Positions 23,561 to 31,514 of a stretch of DNA of 32,000 bases are shown here, piece by piece. The stretch's first letter is position 1; every line of letters starts with the position of its first letter. A program made the position numbers and the translations under genes. Source of the DNA: Acutalibacteraceae bacterium (GTDB taxonomy: Bacteria; Bacillota; Clostridia; Oscillospirales; Acutalibacteraceae); NCBI GenBank assembly GCA_045605425.1, contig JAZUQA010000002.1:358715-390714 (forward strand), in the 5' to 3' direction. The notes below the pieces were generated by a model. The model worked only from the letters and a program-made list of their open reading frames with translations, searched no databases and was not told where the DNA came from.

Positions 23561-23905
23561 TTACTCACCACTCACTTGATCCATTTTTCCATTTAACCAA
23601 CATTCATCTAATTGATACGGAAAAACATCTAATTGTCTTATCGTATAGTGTGTATTAGGGTTATAGTCGAAAAATAAAATTAAAGACATATAGGTATTCC
23701 AAGACATTACTCTTTTTAAACTTTCAATAGAGTTATATGTTTGTCTCGACACACCAATCGCATTAGCAACTTCGTCTTGTGTAGCATTTGCAGCACCCCT
23801 CAATGCGGGTAACGCTTTTGTCAAACTGTTAATTAAACGATCTTTGTCTTCTTTGCTAAAATGCCAATAGTCCATATAATCTTTTCTTTTTCTTATCTGG
23901 TTCAT
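23561..23905 (-). CDS. XRE-type HTH regulator, first gene of the operon (114 aa)
   Basis: ATQDEVANAIGVSRQTYNSIESLKR is a helix-turn-helix. The start lies 25 nt from the left inverted repeat of the recombinase segment. Confidence 0.7.
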   Translation of the reverse strand: MNQIRKRKDYMDYWHFSKEDKDRLINSLTKALPALRGAANATQDEVANAIGVSRQTYNSIESLKRVMSWNTYMSLILFFDYNPNTHYTIRQLDVFPYQLDECWLNGKMDQVSGE

Positions 23906-23930
23906 TTATATATCCTTCAACCAACGTATA

Positions 23931-23959
23931 ATTTTCGTAGAGTATTCTCCTTGACGAAA
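23931..23959. repeat. Left 29-bp inverted repeat (IR-L)
   Basis: ATTTTCGTAGAGTATTCTCCTTGACGAAA is the exact reverse complement of 25358-25386. Confidence 0.9.
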
Positions 23960-23963
23960 ATTC

Positions 23964-24000
23964 AAAGACACAACCCTTTATACTTAGAGTTGTGTCTTTT
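23964..24000 (-). terminator. Hairpin terminator after the recombinase gene
   Basis: AAGACACAAC (23965-23974) / GTTGTGTCTT (23989-23998). On the minus strand it is followed by TTTGAATTTT. It sits just inside IR-L. Confidence 0.6.
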
Positions 24001-24032
24001 TATTGACCATATTTTTGACGGGAAATAGAAAT

Positions 24033-25157
24033 TTAAATTGCTATTGAATTTAGTTTTTCCATAGACATTCTTTTGAGTTGCATAGAGGAGTGCACATATT
24101 TATCAAGCGTGATTTTCACACTGGAATGACCTAATATTTCACTAAGTGTTTTTACATCAAAGCCAACTTCAACACATCGGGTTGCAAAAGTGTGTCGTAA
24201 CGAATGAAAATTCGCATCAGAAATCATGCCTTGTTTCAAATAAGATTTAAATCGATTTTGCATCGTTCGCGGTTCTACAATGTCAATAGAATTACCCGAT
24301 AAAAGATAGGCGTTGGGTATTGTAATAAAGGGTATCATTTTTTCTAACAAAAAATCAGGTAATGGTATTACTCTGACAGAATTATAAGTTTTAGGGTCTG
24401 TAATTATAATTTTAGTTTTTGATGTGCAATTAAAATCATCACATTGTAACCTTTGCATAGTTGCCTCAATTTTTAACGTTTTATCAGCTATAGAAATATT
24501 TTTGCATTTTAGAGCACACAATTCTCCAATGCGTATTCCTGTATACAAACAAATTAAAATACCTAATTTACATCTATCAATATCGTTTGATATCACTGAT
24601 ATTAGTTTTTGTTCTTCAGAAATACTTAAAACTCGCATTTCATTAGTAGCTTTTCTGATGGGAAGTCTGCTAAAAGTACAGTTTATTATCTCTCCATGAC
24701 TTTGAGCAAATTTGAAAGTTTCTTTTATAATAACCATAATATCTGACATACTTTTGCTTGATAATCCACCACCAAATTTTTTACCATTTTGCATTTTGTT
24801 GGCGATAAAACTTTCAACTAATTCAGTACTGATTTTATTGATTGGATATTTACCGAGCTTGGGTTTTATATGATTTTCAATAATGTTTTTATATCTTATA
24901 TAGGTAGACTCTTTAACAATAAGTTTTTTACTAATAAGCCAATCATCAAGCCACTTACTATATATGGTATTTGATTTAGAGGTAACAAAATTTACAGTTT
25001 GTGTTTGCTCATTAAATAATTTGTTTTTTACTTCGGCATATGTTTTTGCATATAAGTATCGATATTTTGCTTTACCATTTTCATCGTAAAATAAAATATA
25101 TCTTGCTTCCCATCGACCGTCTTTTCTCTTGTAAATGTTTTCACCTGTACGTGGCAT
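24033..25157 (-). CDS. Tyrosine site-specific recombinase / integrase (374 aa)
   Basis: Arm-type N-terminus (ENIYKRKDGRWEARY). Catalytic-domain motifs TGIRIGELCAL (Arg), HSLRHTFAT (H-x-x-R) and LGHSSVKITLDKYVH (His...Tyr). Confidence 0.9.
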   Translation of the reverse strand: MPRTGENIYKRKDGRWEARYILFYDENGKAKYRYLYAKTYAEVKNKLFNEQTQTVNFVTSKSNTIYSKWLDDWLISKKLIVKESTYIRYKNIIENHIKPKLGKYPINKISTELVESFIANKMQNGKKFGGGLSSKSMSDIMVIIKETFKFAQSHGEIINCTFSRLPIRKATNEMRVLSISEEQKLISVISNDIDRCKLGILICLYTGIRIGELCALKCKNISIADKTLKIEATMQRLQCDDFNCTSKTKIIITDPKTYNSVRVIPLPDFLLEKMIPFITIPNAYLLSGNSIDIVEPRTMQNRFKSYLKQGMISDANFHSLRHTFATRCVEVGFDVKTLSEILGHSSVKITLDKYVHSSMQLKRMSMEKLNSIAI

Positions 25158-25301
25158 TATAAAGTTCCTCCGTTTCTTTACATTGACGGATTAATGACCA
25201 TAAATGCAACTTAAATTCGTCAAAACAACTAATTTGTTCATTGTTGTTTTGCTTATAATGAATAAAAATTGTATTTTTATTCAACAAAATAATTGCACAT
25301 A

Positions 25302-25330
25302 TTGACAAATCCGACAACATTATGTATACT
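25302..25330 (+). promoter_or_regulatory. Strong outward-facing promoter inside the invertible segment
   Basis: TTGACA (25302-25307), 17-nt spacer, TATACT (25325-25330). It points toward IR-R, 28 nt away. Confidence 0.65.
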
Positions 25331-25357
25331 TATTTTAACTAATTATTGGAATTTTTC

Positions 25358-25386
25358 TTTCGTCAAGGAGAATACTCTACGAAAAT
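25358..25386. repeat. Right 29-bp inverted repeat (IR-R)
   Basis: TTTCGTCAAGGAGAATACTCTACGAAAAT is the exact reverse complement of 23931-23959. Confidence 0.9.
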
Positions 25387-25399
25387 AATTATTAATTTC

Positions 25400-25423
25400 G
25401 AAGCCGATACAGGCTTCTTTTTT
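25400..25423 (+). terminator. Small intrinsic terminator just outside IR-R
   Basis: GAAGCC (25400-25405) / GGCTTC (25412-25417) followed by T6. It would stop transcripts from the 25302 promoter in the present orientation. Confidence 0.55.
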
Positions 25424-25474
25424 ATTGTACCGAATCCTGAAAATTTTATCGAATGTGTGGATTTTGAGCACTAC

Positions 25475-25523
25475 AAAAGCCCCGTTGAGATTGCAGTAAC
25501 TCTGCTTTCCAAACGGGGCTTTT
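25475..25523. terminator. Hairpin downstream of the 25735..26577 gene
   Basis: AAAAGCCCCGTT (25475-25486) / AACGGGGCTTTT (25512-25523) with a large 25-nt loop. Confidence 0.45.
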
Positions 25524-25734
25524 GTTTTATCTGATAATGTGATATTAAGTTTTCACCTCTATAAATTGCAACCTTGTAATACACATAAATAGACATTAAG
25601 ATAATTCGATAGAAATATTTGAAATATACAGTACATCATTAAGACAATTCCTATTTACCAATCAGTGCATTCCGCACATAGTAGTAAGGGTAAAAACACA
25701 CCAAAAACAGCCCTATTGAAAAAATAAATATTTT

Positions 25735-26577
25735 TTAAGTAAACACTTCATTTAATCTATACCTGCTCACATTGTAGCTATTCTCACGCTCAATGGCACC
25801 GGATTTGACGAGTTCGGTTAATCGCTTCTTTGAAAATGATGTTGAACCGAAATATGCATCAAAATTTGCAACAGGAAGAACAACCCAATCTGTATCCTCT
25901 TGTCGGTTGGCATAGTAATATTTTACGAGAGTTTCAAGTGCATAAGCTGTGCTCGGTGCTGTTGTAAAATTAGTTATCTTTGCTTTCGTTTCTTGGGTCA
26001 GTTCATAATCCTTGTTTTTGAGTTCACCAAGTTCTAAAGCAGATGAAAGTATATCATCAAATCGCAGAATCCAAGCACCTTTGGTTTTGAGATAATAAGT
26101 GTTGAAATGCATACGGGCAACCTTGTCACGCCAAGCAGTATCAAAGTTTTTATCCATAAGAGTATATTTTTCAACCTCTTTTGCCGTAAACTTATCGGGA
26201 TTGCTTATGGCAAATCTCATAGCATTATGGAAATGTCTGTAAAACCAACCTTCACCGTTTTCTGTAACAAGCCCAGGAAACTCGTTGTGGTACTCTCTGA
26301 AATCTGTACTGAACCGCCATTCTTCTTTTTCTTTTGATTTATCCTTATCGGGAATACTGCACCAAGCAGAGATTGCCCGTCTTGCATATTCAATGTCAGC
26401 AGTACCGTTCTTGAACATATATCCTCTTGCAATTATGGTCAGCACCCTCGGAAATCCCTCAAAGCCTTGTATTCCCTCACAGGTAAATCTGCTGAAAAAA
26501 GAGTTATCATTTCTGTTATCACGCTTGTATATCGGTGCTTCCGTGTAAGCCTTAAATTCGGCTATCTCGTTCAGCAT
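25735..26577 (-). CDS. hypothetical protein co-transcribed with the YonO-like polymerase (280 aa)
   Basis: AGGAG RBS 8 nt before ATG 26577; the ORF-track TTG at 26595 is less likely. It overlaps the upstream gene's 3' end. No recognised motif. The C-terminal segment (KKRLTELVKSGAIERENSYNVSRYRL) could be a winged helix. Confidence 0.6.
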   Translation of the reverse strand: MLNEIAEFKAYTEAPIYKRDNRNDNSFFSRFTCEGIQGFEGFPRVLTIIARGYMFKNGTADIEYARRAISAWCSIPDKDKSKEKEEWRFSTDFREYHNEFPGLVTENGEGWFYRHFHNAMRFAISNPDKFTAKEVEKYTLMDKNFDTAWRDKVARMHFNTYYLKTKGAWILRFDDILSSALELGELKNKDYELTQETKAKITNFTTAPSTAYALETLVKYYYANRQEDTDWVVLPVANFDAYFGSTSFSKKRLTELVKSGAIERENSYNVSRYRLNEVFT

Positions 26578-29500
26578 AAGACTTGCTCCTGTCAATAATA
26601 TATTTCTCTGTTTCGGTCAGCAAAATATCAAAGATATATCTTCTGTAGCCTGCCGCAACAACATAGGGTACCGCATCATTCAGCCTGATGATTTTTGAAA
26701 GCAGTTTTCTGCATTCTTCTGTTACAGCTTCTTTGTAATCATAGGTCTTTGATTTGTTTCTGTATGCCAACATCATAGCCGTCATTTCTTCACTGTCATT
26801 TTCAAAATGAAGTGAAGTAAGGTTACGCAATTTGTTCTCGGCATATCTGTCACAGATAATATCAGAAAACACTCTGTCACCGTTGTGTCTGAAATCACAG
26901 AATAAATCAATATAACTTTCAAAATGCTCACCGACAAGATAAGTTTTCAAAAATTGTTCTCTTTCTTCGGGCAGCATAAACTGCCATTTGCACTTTTGCA
27001 TCTGAGTATAGATTTCTTCAATTTCTTCGGGTGTGAAATCGGTAAAGAGTGCATAAAGCTCGTCTGTGTCATAATCATTTTCCTGACCACGCATAAAGAG
27101 AATACGCTCAATATCAGATTTTCTTTCCGGTATATCCGACCTGTTTCTGTTATTACGGATTCTTTTTAAGCAATGCTCATAATCATCCAACAGTGTAGTA
27201 ACTCTGTTTAACTTCTTTTTATCAAGACCTGATTTCCAATCAGGATTCTGAGCAAAAGTGAAAATTTCACTGTCAGGTGCAGTCGGTTCCTTGGCTTTTG
27301 GTGTGTTCCTTTTCAGCTCATAAGCATAAAATGGTAACCTTTCAAGGTTTGAGCTGACTTTCGACCAATCTGTATTTTTGAAAAACTCCTTGAACTGCTC
27401 GTCATAAGTCTTCTCGTACCAAGACCTGCGTTCGTTCTGCTTTTCAATAAGGGACTTGTATTTAAGGAACAGACTTTTCGGTGCTCTGTTGGTTACAAGA
27501 TATTCCGAAAGGTCAGGCTTAACACCGCTTTTTGCTGAGTCAATTTCCAAGCCTGTAAGAATGGCCAGAGTTTCTGTTTCTTTCCTGTACTGTGCTTTTT
27601 TACCTTTTGCATTCTCATCATAAGCTAAAATACTTCTGTTAAGTGCCGCATTGGAAATTTGTCCCACACGGGAAGAAAAAGTATTTTTAACAGTTTCAAA
27701 TCTTGCTTCCCAATCCTGTGCATCGGATACTATTGGTTCCTCTGTGGGTATGAATAACAAAGGTAACGGATTATCACTTTTGCCGTAATACTCAGGCTCC
27801 GTTTCTTTTGTGTAAAGATATGAAATGATAATTCTGTCTGCAATTGTCTTTACCATATCACCGTCAAAATCTGCACCGCCAAGTCTCATAGGTATATCAG
27901 AGCTATCCGATACCATAATGACATCGGTTAAATGGCTGAAATATTTATCTCTGTAATATCCGACATCTTTTAAAGGTCGCACCTGAACACTTTCGTTTTT
28001 AGATATATGCGGATTGCGAAGAAGTGAATATTTGTAATCTGTTCCATAGCTGTTACCGGGAGCATAAACATAATTTCCGGACAATTCTTCATCAATAATA
28101 TCTGCAAATTTTCTGCTGCCATCAGCAAGAAAAGCAAAAAGCGACATTAAGTCAGCAGATAAATATCTGTTGTCACCCTGAACAAAAAGCTGTCCTATTG
28201 CATATTTCCTTAAAATATTCTCTGCAATATCGTCTATGTCTTTAGAGAAGAAAGGCTCATCAATGAGCAATGAGTTTTTGCTAATCAGCCTTGCTTTGAT
28301 TTTTAAATCCTCATCAGCATCATCCAAATGCTTTGCGTAATAATCTATTCTGTATTTTCTGTTGTTGCAGTAATCGTAATATGCCTGCTCCGTTGCTTTT
28401 GTCAGCCACTCTCTTTTATCACGTGACGGACTTTCTTTCCAGCCTGAAGGCAAATCTTTAGGTCTGAATTTTTCTTCAGGTATTGCAACGGTATTTAAAA
28501 ACTGAAAGTTAAGTTCAGTTAAATTTTCATTTTCACCCTTACCTACATTTGAAATATATAACGAGTGTCTGTACTTTTTACAGCGTTCAAGATAATCGTT
28601 AAAGCTCAATCCATTTTCTTTAAGCCAACCTTTACCCTTGAACATTGTATCGGTAAGAATAAGGTTAATCTTATCAACAGGATGCTCAACACCCCACATA
28701 TCTTTAACGGAATATATACCTAAACTTTTAAGAAATGATTTGAAATCAACCTCGTGTACCATACCTTTTATGTAAGGTAAACGAATCTGAAAAGAAAAAT
28801 GAATATGCTTACCGCAGAACTGTTTATCAATTTCTTTTGCAAATGCAGGAGAGATAAAACCTTCACCGTCGAATGCATCGCAAGTAAATTCAACTTCCTT
28901 TTCGGCACGGTTGTATTTTTTTACTGCCGTATTTTTATCTTTTGATGTAACTGTTACGGCGTGAGTTTTAATAAATCTTTCCCAAGTTTTTATGATAACA
29001 ATGCTGTCTTCATCAAAAAGATGTTTGCTTTCAATTCTTGTACCGCCCGAAAACATAAGTCCGTTGTAAGCGTAAAGCTTACTTAACTGACACAAACCGA
29101 TATTCATATCAAGCTGTATTCTTGATTTAACTTTTTCATAAACATCACTTCTTATGAAAGACAAGCGAGCGTTTCTGCTCATACTTGCAGAGCGTTCAAA
29201 GGCAACAAAGTTTTTCATACCTGTTCCTAAATCAATATTTATTCCCTCGGGACGGAACATTGATTTTGCTTTTAACTGTCTTAAACGGATACGTTCGCTC
29301 TTTGCATCTCTGTCAAAAATTCCACCGAAGTCAATGTAAACTATCACATCAGAGAGGTTAGAAATTTTTGTATCGCTCTTCGGCTGAGTAAATTTATCAG
29401 AAGTTAAAACACTCATTAACTGATAAAACATTGCACAGTCTTCCTGCAAACTGTTTTCTTTATTCATCAAGCACTTTGCAGTTGCACTGTTATTAAGATT

Positions 29501-29590
29501 AAAAATATATGTTTCTTCATTTTGCTTTTCGGCATAAGAGATAATTCCTCTCGCCGAAAGCATCGGTATTTCATAAGTAATATGTGCCAT
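26552..29590 (-). CDS. YonO / cellular-RdRP-like two-barrel RNA polymerase homologue (1012 aa)
   Basis: MRLGGADFDGDMV matches the (G)GxDxDGD catalytic loop of the eukaryote-type RdRP / phage SPbeta YonO family and the NADFDGD loop of RNAP beta-prime. Large size. GAGGTG RBS. Confidence 0.65.
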   Translation of the reverse strand: MAHITYEIPMLSARGIISYAEKQNEETYIFNLNNSATAKCLMNKENSLQEDCAMFYQLMSVLTSDKFTQPKSDTKISNLSDVIVYIDFGGIFDRDAKSERIRLRQLKAKSMFRPEGINIDLGTGMKNFVAFERSASMSRNARLSFIRSDVYEKVKSRIQLDMNIGLCQLSKLYAYNGLMFSGGTRIESKHLFDEDSIVIIKTWERFIKTHAVTVTSKDKNTAVKKYNRAEKEVEFTCDAFDGEGFISPAFAKEIDKQFCGKHIHFSFQIRLPYIKGMVHEVDFKSFLKSLGIYSVKDMWGVEHPVDKINLILTDTMFKGKGWLKENGLSFNDYLERCKKYRHSLYISNVGKGENENLTELNFQFLNTVAIPEEKFRPKDLPSGWKESPSRDKREWLTKATEQAYYDYCNNRKYRIDYYAKHLDDADEDLKIKARLISKNSLLIDEPFFSKDIDDIAENILRKYAIGQLFVQGDNRYLSADLMSLFAFLADGSRKFADIIDEELSGNYVYAPGNSYGTDYKYSLLRNPHISKNESVQVRPLKDVGYYRDKYFSHLTDVIMVSDSSDIPMRLGGADFDGDMVKTIADRIIISYLYTKETEPEYYGKSDNPLPLLFIPTEEPIVSDAQDWEARFETVKNTFSSRVGQISNAALNRSILAYDENAKGKKAQYRKETETLAILTGLEIDSAKSGVKPDLSEYLVTNRAPKSLFLKYKSLIEKQNERRSWYEKTYDEQFKEFFKNTDWSKVSSNLERLPFYAYELKRNTPKAKEPTAPDSEIFTFAQNPDWKSGLDKKKLNRVTTLLDDYEHCLKRIRNNRNRSDIPERKSDIERILFMRGQENDYDTDELYALFTDFTPEEIEEIYTQMQKCKWQFMLPEEREQFLKTYLVGEHFESYIDLFCDFRHNGDRVFSDIICDRYAENKLRNLTSLHFENDSEEMTAMMLAYRNKSKTYDYKEAVTEECRKLLSKIIRLNDAVPYVVAAGYRRYIFDILLTETEKYIIDRSKSYAERDSRI

Positions 29591-29659
29591 TGTTTCACCT
29601 CAAATGCACTTGTTCTGTATAAAGGATACTACAGCCACCCCTGTAATGTCAACTCTTTT

Positions 29660-29765
29660 GCACCCGAATAATCGGGTGCTTTTTTCATTTAAAACAGCGG
29701 TATTACTTTAACGAGCATTGGATTTTGGTACCACAAAATCCCTTTCGGGTGCAGTTGCCCCGAAA
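29660..29765 (+). promoter_or_regulatory. Candidate oriT / divergent control region
   Basis: Hairpin GCACCCGA-ATAA-TCGGGTGC followed by T6 (29660-29685). Second hairpin TTCGGG-TGCAGTTGC-CCCGAA (about 29735-29755). Both share TCGGGTGC. Located upstream of mobC and the relaxase gene. Confidence 0.35.
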
Positions 29766-29792
29766 ATCAAAACAGAAAAGAGGTGAATATTT

Positions 29793-30137
29793 TTGAAAGA
29801 AAACAAAAAGACGAAACTTGTAAAGGCATATTTTACTGAAGAAGATTACGAAAGACTTAATTATTTTTGCAGCATAATGAAGATTTCAAAATCAAAAATG
29901 ATTCGGTTTCTGCTTTATTACAAGAACATTAAAGAAGCTCCGCCTGTTGATTACACAGTTTTAATCAGAGAAATGCGTGCAGTCGGTAACAATTTAAATC
30001 AGCTTGCGAGAGTTGCAAATGCAAAAGGTTGGATTAATGAAAAGGAATTGCGAGTCGCTATTCTTTCTCTTCGTGAACTTGAAAAGAAAATATCGGCTGA
30101 GTTTCAGTTAAGCAAGGAGGATGAATATTGGCAGTAA
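29793..30137 (+). CDS. mobC: MobC-type relaxosome accessory protein
   Basis: RHH-like N-terminus and the characteristic VGNNLNQLARVAN motif. TTG start after AGAGGTGA. Overlaps the relaxase start. Confidence 0.8.
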   Translation: MKENKKTKLVKAYFTEEDYERLNYFCSIMKISKSKMIRFLLYYKNIKEAPPVDYTVLIREMRAVGNNLNQLARVANAKGWINEKELRVAILSLRELEKKISAEFQLSKEDEYWQ

Positions 30138-31513
30138 CAAAAATATGGTCGGTCAAAGGAAAACTGAAAGGTGTTGTTGATTACGCAATGAATCCCGATA
30201 AAACTCTTAATGACTATTACAGTAATTCTGAATTGCAATCACTTAAGGATGTAATTGATTACGCAGTTGAAAGTGAAAAAACGGAAATGCAATATTTTGT
30301 AAGCGGAATAAATTGCAATCCCGAGTTTGCCCGTGACCAGATGACGGAAACAAAAAAGCTGTTTCATAAGCAAGACGGAATAATTGCCTTTCACGGTTAT
30401 CAGAGTTTTAAACCCGGTGAAGTTACACCTGAGCTTGCTCACGAAATCGGAAAAGAGCTTGCACAGAAATTATGGGGAGACAGACACGAGGTTATTGTAG
30501 CAACACATCTTGACCGAGGTCACATTCACAATCACTTTGTTGTGAACAGTGTTTCAATGGTTGACGGAAAAAAGTTCAATGCCTGCAAGCAAAGTTATGC
30601 ACTTATGAGAAAGGTTTCTGATGAACTTTGCATCAAATACGGATTATCAATAGTTGAAAAGCCGCATAAGGCTCCGAGAAGGATGACCTATTTTGCAGAG
30701 AGAAACGGAGAAAATCATCAGTATGATTTACTGAAGTTTCATATTGATGATTGCTTATCACGAAGTTCAAATATCAGAACTTTCATTTGGCTGATGGAAA
30801 AGAAGGGATATACTTTTGATTTCAATCGTCCCGAGCCGACTGTTTATCACAAAAGATTTAACCGTCCCGTATGGCTTTGCGACCTTGGTGACGGTTATGC
30901 AATTAACGATATTGAAGAAGTAATACTGACAAAAAGACATTACACGAGAAGAGTAACTCACGATTCGATTACTTTCAAAACCTTATTCTTTGACGGCAAC
31001 CCTTACAATTACAAAAGCGGAATCAGCAGCTCTTACACTTGCTTGTGTAAAGGGCTGTTAATGTTTAAAGAGCATCCCCATTGCAATGAGGTTGAAATTT
31101 ATCTTGAACAGGAGCTTTTGAAATTTGACCAACTTTGTGAAGAACAGAACTTATTGCTTGATAATGATGTTGAAAGTTACGAAGACCTTGAAGCACTAAT
31201 TTTAAACACCGAAAAAGAATTGCAGGAAATGGACGAAGCAAGAAATGTGTTCAGAAACAAACTGAAGTGTGCTGTCCGTGCAGGTGATGAAAGCTTACAG
31301 AAAGAAATCCGTGAGGATATTGCAAATCTCACTGCCGCTATGAGAGTTGCAAGAAAGAATATAAGGATTTTAAACAGAGTTAAGTACAGGGCTGAGGGTG
31401 TAGTAAACAGAATGGATAGCATCAACGAGTATTCGAGAATGTATGAGCGTTACGCACGTGATGATTTCCGAACCAAAACAAATACAAACAAAATTCAGGA
31501 AAGGAGCCGATAA
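30128..31513 (+). CDS. Relaxase / mobilisation nuclease (MobA/VirD2 family)
   Basis: THLDRGHIHNHFVVNSV is the HxDxxxHxH 3-His motif. The N-terminal relaxase fold region ends with a coiled-coil C-terminus. AAGGAGG RBS before the TTG start. Confidence 0.85.
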   Translation: MAVTKIWSVKGKLKGVVDYAMNPDKTLNDYYSNSELQSLKDVIDYAVESEKTEMQYFVSGINCNPEFARDQMTETKKLFHKQDGIIAFHGYQSFKPGEVTPELAHEIGKELAQKLWGDRHEVIVATHLDRGHIHNHFVVNSVSMVDGKKFNACKQSYALMRKVSDELCIKYGLSIVEKPHKAPRRMTYFAERNGENHQYDLLKFHIDDCLSRSSNIRTFIWLMEKKGYTFDFNRPEPTVYHKRFNRPVWLCDLGDGYAINDIEEVILTKRHYTRRVTHDSITFKTLFFDGNPYNYKSGISSSYTCLCKGLLMFKEHPHCNEVEIYLEQELLKFDQLCEEQNLLLDNDVESYEDLEALILNTEKELQEMDEARNVFRNKLKCAVRAGDESLQKEIREDIANLTAAMRVARKNIRILNRVKYRAEGVVNRMDSINEYSRMYERYARDDFRTKTNTNKIQERSR

Positions 31514-31514
31514 A

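Larger units (their letters stand above)
23931..25386. promoter_or_regulatory. Candidate invertible DNA segment (inverton) carrying its own tyrosine recombinase and an outward promoter
   Basis: Perfect 29-bp IRs bound a terminator hairpin, the recombinase gene and a TTGACA-17-TATACT promoter that faces out through IR-R. Confidence 0.6.

Noticed and set aside
13605-23905. Annotating the locus as a standard T7SSb (Ess/Yuk) system
   Set aside because: No EsaA, EssA or EssB-like membrane proteins are visible, and no YukD/EsaB-like gene is recognisable. The ATPase shows no TM or FHA segments. The small proteins carry W-x-D rather than W-x-G. Only 'T7SS-like' is justified.
23931-25386. Interpreting the IR-bounded recombinase unit as an insertion sequence
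   Set aside because: Tyrosine-recombinase elements do not normally end in long perfect terminal IRs. The outward promoter, inside terminator and immediate juxtaposition to a promoter-less operon fit an inversion switch better. The IS alternative remains listed as a refutation test.
25346-25534. 62-aa plus-strand ORF right of the recombinase
   Set aside because: It runs through IR-R and two terminator hairpins and has no RBS. The sequence is better explained as regulatory DNA.
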